Part shown: positions 8,800 through 15,414 of the stretch, in pieces
How positions within the stretch are numbered: position 1 is the first letter of the stretch
Layout: each line of letters starts with the position of its first letter
Source: Candidatus Heimdallarchaeota archaeon
GTDB lineage: Archaea > Asgardarchaeota > Wukongarchaeia > Wukongarchaeales > JBHIFL01
DNA length: 15,414 nucleotides
Direction: 5' to 3'
NCBI GenBank assembly: GCA_046761065.1
Contig: JBHIFL010000086.1
Span: forward strand, 1-15,414
Notes under the pieces: generated by a model
What the model was told of the DNA's origin: nothing
Database searches by the model: none
What the model saw: the letters and a program-made list of their open reading frames with translations, nothing else
Made by a program: the position numbers and the translations under genes

Positions 8800-9819
8800 A
8801 TGATCATCAATCCGTTTGTTGATGCAATTGTATTACTTATTGCCATGTCTGTGGCCGCGGAATTCATTGCCAGATCCGCACAAATTCTTGAGCACAAATA
8901 TGGGGCTGGATTTGTTGGGTCAATCATTTTAGGGTTCGTGACAACTTTTCCGGAATTAGTTTTCGTATGTGTTGCAGTTCTCTCATTAGATTACGATATA
9001 GCAATGGGATCAGCAATTGGTGGGAATATTCTGCTTTTCACGGTCGGTTACGGATTTGTAATTGTGTTAGCCTATATTTTTCATCATAAAAGCATTAATT
9101 TAGACAATGTTTTTTTACGAGATGATCTCTGGTATCTCTTAATCTCATGTATCATGATTGTTTTATTTGCCCTTAATGGGGTTTTTCAAGCGTGGGAAGG
9201 CGTTGTACTGATTGGGGTTTACATAATTTACGTTCTTCACCAATATTACGAGAGTCGTCAGTATAAAATCATTCAACATACGAATCCAAGCGATTCTGAA
9301 AATGAAGAGTCATGTTCAAGCCCTCAAGCGGAAAAAAGCGTTCCTTTACAGTGGAAAAAATCAACCATCTATTTACTCATTGGAGGAGCTCTCTTACTAC
9401 TTTCGGCGGAACCCTTTGTCGAAGCCATTGGAGAATTAAGCCATGAAATCGGGATCTCTGCACTCGTTCTTGCACTTGTTATCAGTCCATTGGCAAGCGA
9501 AATGCCAGAAAAGATCAGTGCGTTTGTCTTAACATGTAAGGATATTAAAGGAGCGGAAATGAGCATTGCGAATTTTATTGGGTCAAAAGTTCAAAACAAT
9601 ACGTTACTCTTCGGGTTAATGATTATCCTTGCCTCATCGGTGGTAGGCGTTCCAATCGTGGATACCACAAAAGACTTTCTACTTTTGTTAGTTATGACCT
9701 TAACAACAATCGTAGGTGTAAAATTGACCTATGATTTGAAACTAAATCCAAGAGAAGGATTATACGCGGTTATTTTGTATATCATTGCAGTTTTCTTAGT
9801 ATTCTGGATTCATAAGTAA
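8800..9819 (+). CDS. Ca2+:cation antiporter (CaCA, sodium:calcium exchanger-like) membrane protein
   Basis: About 10 TM helices in two repeats, alpha-1 GFVTTFPEL...AIGGNI and alpha-2 SPLASEMPEK...IGSKVQN, with a hydrophilic central linker. GAGGTGGAG lies upstream. Confidence 0.9.
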   Translation: MIINPFVDAIVLLIAMSVAAEFIARSAQILEHKYGAGFVGSIILGFVTTFPELVFVCVAVLSLDYDIAMGSAIGGNILLFTVGYGFVIVLAYIFHHKSINLDNVFLRDDLWYLLISCIMIVLFALNGVFQAWEGVVLIGVYIIYVLHQYYESRQYKIIQHTNPSDSENEESCSSPQAEKSVPLQWKKSTIYLLIGGALLLLSAEPFVEAIGELSHEIGISALVLALVISPLASEMPEKISAFVLTCKDIKGAEMSIANFIGSKVQNNTLLFGLMIILASSVVGVPIVDTTKDFLLLLVMTLTTIVGVKLTYDLKLNPREGLYAVILYIIAVFLVFWIHK

Positions 9820-9840
9820 TTAAGTTCTTCTAACTTTTCA

Positions 9841-9857
9841 AAAAACGATTTTATATT
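9841..9857 (+). promoter_or_regulatory. BRE/TATA-like archaeal promoter upstream of the COG1751 pseudogene
   Basis: AAAAACGA followed by TTTTATAT, with a GAGGTGA Shine-Dalgarno at 9896-9902 before ATG 9905. Confidence 0.45.
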
Positions 9858-9904
9858 TCAAGACACACAGTAAAATGCAGCCGAGGAGGAAAATGAGGTG
9901 ATTG

Positions 9905-10594
9905 ATGACCTTGGTCAGTCTAAAGGAATTTTTCCTTTCATGTGTGTGGTCAAGTCAATACAGAAAAGACACTGACAATGAAACTAGCTCTTCAAATGGC
10001 TCGTGAACTGAAATTTGAAAAATTAATTGTTACTTCTAAGACGGGGCTTAGTGCTTTGAAAGCCGTTGATATATCTCATAAAATCTAATATTAAGTTAAT
10101 TTTTGTTACCTCAGCTGCCGGTACAAAAATCGAAAATACAGTTATTGACGACCTAAATATAGGAATCTTGGACCCTCAAATCTGGACTTATTTGGGAAAA
10201 GCGGATGCTACTTTTGTGTGAGCTACGGATCCCCTTGTACTACATTGGGGCTATCTTGGAACATCAAGATATTTCTACCTTGGCTACAACAATCCGAAGG
10301 TGTTTTGAGCTGCTTAGTTTAGGAACCGCTGTTTGTGTCACCGCAGTTCTTATGGCTACAGATGATAGAGTTTTGATCGACGGGGAAGATGTTGTGGCAG
10401 CCGCTGGGTCATAGCTCGGCTTAGACACTGCGCTTGGTGTGCAAGCAACAAACTCAGTAAATCTGTTGAGACCAAGAACACTACAAATTAAAGAAATCAT
10501 ATGTAAACCGCGAAGCCCTGTCCATAGTTGGCCTATCAACCAAGAAGACTGGGTAGGCAATTTAAACCAATACAAGCCCTTAATGGAAAAGTAG
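9905..10594 (+). pseudogene. COG1751 / pyruvate-kinase C-terminal alpha/beta domain-like protein, multiply disrupted
   Basis: Stitched across frameshifts and stops: MTLVSLKEFFLS / CGQVNTEKTL..KLALQMARELKFEKLIVTSKTGLSALKA / KLIFVTSAAGT...FV*ATDP / TIRRCFELLSLGTAVCVTAVLMATD...GEDVVAAAGS*LGLDTALGVQATNS...LQIKEIICKPR. This matches the family pattern G..NT..TL, IVVAS.TG, MA.D.G, G.DTA, I.EIICKPR. About three frameshifts plus TGA near 10219 and TAG 10412-10414. Confidence 0.88.
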
Positions 10595-10691
10595 GTAAAT
10601 TACTGTACTGTGTATCTACCATAAAAGATCTAGGACTTAGTTCAAATCAGTGCTCAAATAATTGATACTATTGATCAATTAAATGAAATCA

Positions 10692-11729
10692 TTAAACTCT
10701 CACCGTACCATGTTGCAATATATCAATTAGATCTGAATAGATACCAAATGCAGTGGTTTTCAAAGAAGGGTTTTGCTCAGCTATGACGAGTTCTCCGAAT
10801 AAATCGAGCGAAAAGACGGCGGCATTAGAAGTACTTCGACAGCCATAGAGGAAATCAAATGGGTGAACTGCCTCTAGGTTTACCCGATAGGTCTTTGAGT
10901 TGAAGTCTGCAATGGAAACTTGCCTGATGATTATGTTCTGATCGTAGAGACAAGTGTTTCGCGCATTTTCGAAGGTCTCTTGAGTTAAGGGTTGCTTTTC
11001 GACATCAGAGAGCTTAATCTTCATCTCACTAAGTGTATTAACTAGAATAACAAGTTTTGCGGCTGCGTCTATTCCCTCAAGATCCAACGATGGATCCTCT
11101 TCTGCAGTTCCTAGCATTTTAGCATTTTCAATGCCTTGTTCTAAGTTCAACTTCTGATGGAGGTAATCTAGCACTACATTGACAGTGGAATTCAGAATCC
11201 CTCGTATTCTCTTGACTCGGACTTTTGGCAAGGCATTCCTGAATATGGAGAAGATTGGAGTTCCATCTAACACTGTGCTTTCGTATCTAAGCCGGGCACC
11301 AGATCGGGCGGCGATTACTTGTAGGCGATCCATGGCGAGAACTAGAGGAGCCTTGTTACATGTGATGACATCCTTACCTTGCTCAAATGCCGTTTTTATG
11401 TAAGTTATAGCCGGCTCTCCTGTATCATAATTGGCAATTATCGCTTCAACGAGAACATCATAGTCTCCCTCGCGAAGCCAGGAGGTAATCTCGTAGGTAG
11501 CATCTTTTATTGTTTTTAACTTGGTATTTTGCAATGCAACATCTACTTGGGGCTTTACAGAAGATGGTGGTGCCTTATTAAGTTCTAAAAGACCTAATGA
11601 GCGACTTCCTATTGCTGAAAAAGTGAATTTTGTTCCTTTAGGGTCAACCTCAGCGAGCAGTTCTGTTACCGCTTTCCCGACATTTCCATATCCTATGAGT
11701 GCGATCCTCTTCCTAGTCAAGTACTTCAC
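10692..11729 (-). CDS. hom: Homoserine dehydrogenase (short form, no ACT domain)
   Basis: IALIGYGNVG Rossmann motif, G.DVITCNKAPL, YESTVLDGTPI, IRGILNSTVN, AE.DPSLDLEGIDAAAKLVIL, TAFGIYSDL. The start is set at GTG 11729 (alternative TTG 11720) rather than 11819 because the Rossmann motif is normally near the N-terminus. Confidence 0.92.
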   Translation of the reverse strand: MKYLTRKRIALIGYGNVGKAVTELLAEVDPKGTKFTFSAIGSRSLGLLELNKAPPSSVKPQVDVALQNTKLKTIKDATYEITSWLREGDYDVLVEAIIANYDTGEPAITYIKTAFEQGKDVITCNKAPLVLAMDRLQVIAARSGARLRYESTVLDGTPIFSIFRNALPKVRVKRIRGILNSTVNVVLDYLHQKLNLEQGIENAKMLGTAEEDPSLDLEGIDAAAKLVILVNTLSEMKIKLSDVEKQPLTQETFENARNTCLYDQNIIIRQVSIADFNSKTYRVNLEAVHPFDFLYGCRSTSNAAVFSLDLFGELVIAEQNPSLKTTAFGIYSDLIDILQHGTVRV

Positions 11730-12535
11730 AGTCCTTAACTTCCTTGTATGAAGCGGGATAGTTATTAAAGTACCGGTAATCTGTGCAAGATTATTAATTG
11801 CTTTGCTTAACAATCGCAAACTTGGGATCTGGAGTTTTACTCTCGGCCACTATTACGATGGTTACGTGTTTTACCTTACCTTTTGAAAAGGCTTTACAAT
11901 GGTGTTTGAAGGCATTTTACGACATATCAGGCAAGTTTTAAGCCCGATCACTATGTGAATTGTTGCAAAACACAGAGATCTTAGTGTTCCTTTATTTTAG
12001 GAGCATTTCTTGGCGGCATTAAGTTATTAGTAATATTTCTCCTATTCGGGTTAATAAAATGTCCAAAGACCCCTTAAATCCTTTTATTCGCAGAACCATT
12101 TCAGGTCTGATCAGCTGTGGGTGAAGAGGATTAAGGTGAAATCCTTAATATATAGGCATTCAAAAAATGTATAATTTTCACCTATTATCTCTACTATGAC
12201 CTTTTTGATGCAGATACACGCCCCACAATACTGATGATGGGGAGGTGCTCTATTGTTCTATGAAAATAGAATTTTGCCTAAATTTGTAGGACTATGATTC
12301 GTATGTCCTAGGCGTATTTAAGTTATCTAGTCATCTTTACCAGAACCATATTGTTTTGCGCCAATCTCTATTGTTGCGAAAGTAGAGACATTCTAATGAT
12401 GAAGATTTCATTTCTGTTGGTTAAGATCATCATACATCTTTCTGGTGTTGGAGATTTGGCTGATGTATAAGATTAAACTTCTTGATAGCTCGTTTTATGA
12501 AAAAGCTTGAATACATCGATGAGGAGGCTATATGA

Positions 12536-13186
12536 TTGGGTCAAATTGCGTATAAGTTGAGAGATTCGCTGTACTTAAATCTAACCAACCGATATACAAA
12601 CGATTGTGCGTTCTGTTTCCGAACCTTCGGAGACGAACTACTTAGTTACAATCTTAAATTGGATCGGGAACCGACTGTTGATGAGATCTTGAGAGCAATC
12701 AGCTTATGAACGAACAAGATGCCTTCTTCAGAGATCGTCTTCTGTGGATACGGCGAACCTCTTATTCGGCTTGATACCATCCTCGCCGCTACTCGGGAAA
12801 TTAAACAGAGATATCCCAAGGTTAAAGTTCGCTTAGATACAAATGGACAGGGTAGCCTTTAGCATCCATATCGTAATGTTGCAAGAGAATTGAAACGGAG
12901 CGGAATTGACCGGATATCGATCTCTCTTAATACGCCGGATAGTGAAATTTATATTTGGATCTGTAAACCCTCTTACGGCACAATTGCCTACAGTAGCGTA
13001 ATCCAATTCATCAAGGATTGTAAATCCGTAAACTTTGAGACCGAATTTACAATCCTCGCGATTCCTCAGCTCGATTTAGCTGCCTGCAAAAAAGTTGCAC
13101 AAGAATTGAGGGTTCCTCTCAGAATAAGACCATATAGAAGGTCCATAACCATTTTAGCAAAACGATTAGGTACTTTCACATCCTAA
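12536..13186 (+). pseudogene. TatD-family-associated radical SAM protein, inactivated
   Basis: GAGGAGG RBS at 12521-12527 then TTG 12536. One frame reads MGQIAYKLRDSLYLNLTNRYTNDCAFCFR...NLKLDREPT...AISL*...EIVFCGYGEPLIRLD...VRLDTNGQGSL*HPYRNV...IDRISISLN... Stops are TGA 12707-12709 and TAG 12860-12862. The first Cys of CxxxCxxC is Tyr (TAT 12593). Confidence 0.9.
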
Positions 13187-13474
13187 TATTTTTAAAATAA
13201 CAAACAAAAAACCCAATAAAAGAAATATCTACTGATCTGATAAGTATATTTAATTCTTCAAAACATAATTTGGGTTCTGAATTACAGGGTTAAAAATGCA
13301 ATAGTAATCGTATTGAGCACTACGTGGGTTATGAGGATACATTATCCGAAGGAAAAGGAATACTCGGGTTAATATTCACCATTTCACGATAAAACCAACT
13401 AAGAAATCCTATAGCCCAATGTAACTTGGCTTTCCCTATTTCTTCAATGGTTATGAAAGATAGATGGGAACAAT

Positions 13475-14380
13475 ATGGGTCTTTATCTGGATGAAAAAAC
13501 TCAGAGAGCTTTTGAAGAGGGGCTTGAGCACATACGAATAGCCCAAATGTGGAAAGGTGAGCAAGATGAACAAAAACGAACACGAGAAGTGAAAAAAGCC
13601 ATCAAGAGTTTTGAAGATGTAGTTTCAAAAGCTCCCGAGTTCGACCGGGGTTGGGTAGAAATGGCTCAAGCGTATATTGAGTTGTATGACTACGATCTAG
13701 CTAAATTTCTCCTTAACAAAGCACTTACCTATACACCACGATCGATAATCGCTTTAAGTGCTATGGGACGCCTTTTAAAGAAACTTGGCTTATTTGTCGA
13801 AGCAGCCCGAGTGTATAGTCGAGCGCATCGAATCGATTCCAAAGCCGGTTTCGATAAAAAACAACAGCAAGCACTCGAACGGATCATCGAACACGAGGGA
13901 GGAGTCCCGAAACTACCTAATACAGAGGTTCCATTACATCAAATCCTCTCAACGAGTTTCGCATGGAATGGTGCCGAAGCCACTCATGCCTCGATCACAC
14001 TTACTAGGCAACGAATCCTTTGTATTGGGAAAAAGGCACCAGATCATGGATTACGACCGAAACGATTAATACGACGACGTCCAGTTTCTTGGAGAGGTTC
14101 CGGGTACAAAGAGGCCTCAGATCTCCAAGCCATAGTCCCCTTGACTACAATAGAGAATGTTCATAAGGTTCGGTTTGGATCACGTGTTGCAATACACATC
14201 TGGGATCGTGAAGAGAATCATCTAGTTTTTCCAGATCTATTAGAGCCCGACACTGAAGCAATCTTCTCGTTTCTCGAGGAGCGACAGATTGAGATAGGCG
14301 AAGTTGAAGCAAAAATTTGCAGCATCTTGCTTATAATGTTCATTTCCTCGCTCCTTCTGAGTTTATTTCTCTTTCTGTAA
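13475..14380 (+). CDS. TPR-repeat protein with a putative PH/GRAM-like domain and a C-terminal transmembrane helix
   Basis: TPR-like helices (AIKSFEDVVSKAPEFDRGWVEMAQAYIELYDYDLAKFLLNKALTYTPRSIIALSAMGRLLKKLGLFVEAARVYSRAHRID), then ASITLTRQRILC...IVPLTTIENVHK (PH/GRAM-like pattern), and a 21-aa hydrophobic C-terminus. Confidence 0.75.
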   Translation: MGLYLDEKTQRAFEEGLEHIRIAQMWKGEQDEQKRTREVKKAIKSFEDVVSKAPEFDRGWVEMAQAYIELYDYDLAKFLLNKALTYTPRSIIALSAMGRLLKKLGLFVEAARVYSRAHRIDSKAGFDKKQQQALERIIEHEGGVPKLPNTEVPLHQILSTSFAWNGAEATHASITLTRQRILCIGKKAPDHGLRPKRLIRRRPVSWRGSGYKEASDLQAIVPLTTIENVHKVRFGSRVAIHIWDREENHLVFPDLLEPDTEAIFSFLEERQIEIGEVEAKICSILLIMFISSLLLSLFLFL

Positions 14381-14416
14381 CTTTGAAATACTTCTGAAAG
14401 TAAATTTTCAGGACTT

Positions 14417-15030
14417 TCATCGTAGAACATACCCCCATTCTTCAATATTTTCTTCCCAATAATTCCTTGCAAAAGGATTTTCTCTCAAGCTCTAATGAAG
14501 CCGAATGTAACTGTATGAAAACGCTAGTGTATCGAGAGCCTTATGCGTTCGTTTTTTTCGAGATTTAAAGTCCCTCATCAGAAGGTAACGCGGCTTAAAT
14601 ATGGTAAAAACCGTTCAACTATGTTATTTGATGGATGATCTTAACATTGTACTGGTGTTGTACGTGAGGATGTACGTAATGAATTGCATTTAGATTAGAG
14701 ACTGACCCATCAGCGACAATCACCTCAGATTCCGCCTGAATTATCTTCCTCACTTCTTTAAGCATCTGAATCGATTCCATCCAAGTGTGGCGTAATATCA
14801 TTCATAAAGGTAAGAAAAATCATCACCATTCCCTTAAAAGGTGAAAACAGAGCATCAGCGGCCTCCAAACTTGACGCATGTCTCATCAAGATGCCAAGTT
14901 CCTTCGATTGACAATTTTGCACCTTTTAAGATCGCTGAATATGTTTCTAGAAGTAATGAAGCCAATTTGCAAAAGAAACATGAAAGATTTGAAAATTAAA
15001 GAGATCTATGAGAGTTCAAAGATTTAGGAA
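14417..15030 (-). mobile_element. Degraded IS6-family (IS240-like DDE) transposase remnant
   Basis: Collinear minus-strand fragments in shifting frames: FQIFHVSFANWL (HTH, Trp at 14964-14962), GTWHLDETCVKFGGR* (first Asp 14887-14885), EVIVADG (second Asp 14711-14709), NNIVERF (Glu, 14628-14608), FKPRYLLMRDFKS, YSYIRLH*SL..NP. Boundaries are approximate and no terminal inverted repeats were identified. Confidence 0.85.
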
Positions 15031-15265
15031 AAGATCCTGTGATGTGCATAACTTTTGACGGCTAAGTTAAAAAGACAATGCATAAAGTAATAACAAGAGA
15101 GCTTTTTTTGTTTTTTCACTTTAAAGTAATATACTTAATCCTGGTTTTCTATACCTAGATTTGCTATAGCTATGCCGCTTAACAAGAAGTAAACATGAAT
15201 TTCTGGCTATAATATATCTTAAAATGAAGCAATAATCCTACACCGCGATCTATCCTCACCATACA

Positions 15266-15278
15266 TTAAGTATATAAA
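15266..15278 (+). promoter_or_regulatory. TATA-box-like element for a probably leaderless downstream gene
   Basis: TATATAAA at 15271-15278 ends about 22 nt before ATG 15300, and there is no Shine-Dalgarno motif. Confidence 0.45.
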
Positions 15279-15299
15279 GCCCTTATCATATTTAAGTAT

Positions 15300-15414
15300 A
15301 TGAAACGATACGATACGCTTATTATTGGATCCGGAGCAGGTATGAATGTCGCTGACGCTGCTTATCGACATGGAATGACCGTTGCGGTAGTTGAACATGG
15401 ACCGATGGGTGGAA
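15300..15414 (+). CDS. 5' end of a pyridine nucleotide-disulfide oxidoreductase (dihydrolipoamide dehydrogenase/mycothione reductase-like), truncated by the window edge
   Basis: MKRYDTLIIGSGAGMNVADAAYRHGMTVAVVEHGPMGG shows the FAD-binding GxGxG motif and the VAVVE...GG lead-in to the redox motif. Confidence 0.85.
   Translation, partial: MKRYDTLIIGSGAGMNVADAAYRHGMTVAVVEHGPMGG

Noticed and set aside
11820-12080. Hydrophobic fragments (LGSGVLLSATITMV, LGAFLGGIKLLVIFLLFGLI) as a membrane-protein remnant
   Set aside because: Too fragmentary to assign a family, and T-rich DNA gives hydrophobic translations by chance.
12231-12271. Hammerhead ribozyme core (CTGATGA ... GAAA)
   Set aside because: There is no proper stem II closing pair (T opposite T), and no consistent stems I/III with a cleavage triplet.
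12396-12463. Box C/D sRNA (ATGATGA ... CTGA)
   Set aside because: The internal D'/C' boxes are not convincing, the spacing is long, and no rRNA target is recognisable by eye.
570-13186. In-frame TGA/TAG codons as selenocysteine, pyrrolysine or an alternative genetic code
   Set aside because: The stops include all three types, fall at Leu/Arg/Trp-type positions rather than catalytic Cys, and co-occur with frameshifts and missense damage. TGA and TAA also terminate intact genes normally.
4562-13275. Exact 14-mer AACATAATTTGGGT at 4562-4575 and 13262-13275
   Set aside because: About one such match is expected by chance in 15 kb of AT-rich DNA, and the two contexts differ.
7391-14472. Other short overlapping ORFs (7391-7645, 7813-8094, 8293-8580, 8540-8803, 9369-9566, 10264-10575, 11179-11403, 11521-11751, 13329-13583, 13785-14069, 14218-14472)
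   Set aside because: They overlap better-supported genes and have no recognisable motifs.
1-15414. CRISPR array, tRNA or rRNA genes, long tandem repeats
   Set aside because: No regularly spaced repeats or cloverleaf/rRNA-like sequence was seen on either strand.

Overview
Probably archaeal DNA: there is a GAGGTGA Shine-Dalgarno site, TATA/BRE-like promoters, a COG1751-type gene and an IS6 relic. An Asgard origin is plausible but cannot be proven from this window. In order, the window holds an intact MNT antitoxin with a nonsense-disrupted HEPN/DUF86 toxin, two tandem ~980-aa P-type ATPases, an M14 ASTE/aspartoacylase-family hydrolase, a CaCA-family exchanger, a pseudogenised COG1751 gene, homoserine dehydrogenase, a pseudogenised TatD-associated radical SAM gene, a TPR + PH/GRAM-like + C-terminal-TM protein, a degraded IS6-family transposase, and the start of a dihydrolipoamide-dehydrogenase-like flavoprotein. 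The most striking signal is in the two ATPases. Both keep a P2-type catalytic core (TGES, DKTGT, KGA, TGD, GDGVND) but share a rewired membrane site: TM4 reads MPINIP instead of IPEGLP, and TM6 reads QRVYIFSLIHSFPA instead of QLLWVNLVTDGLPA. This points to a pump subfamily with a non-Ca2+ or unknown substrate. Four decayed genes are missed or only fragmentarily caught by the ORF track. All alignments were done by eye; no database searches were run.
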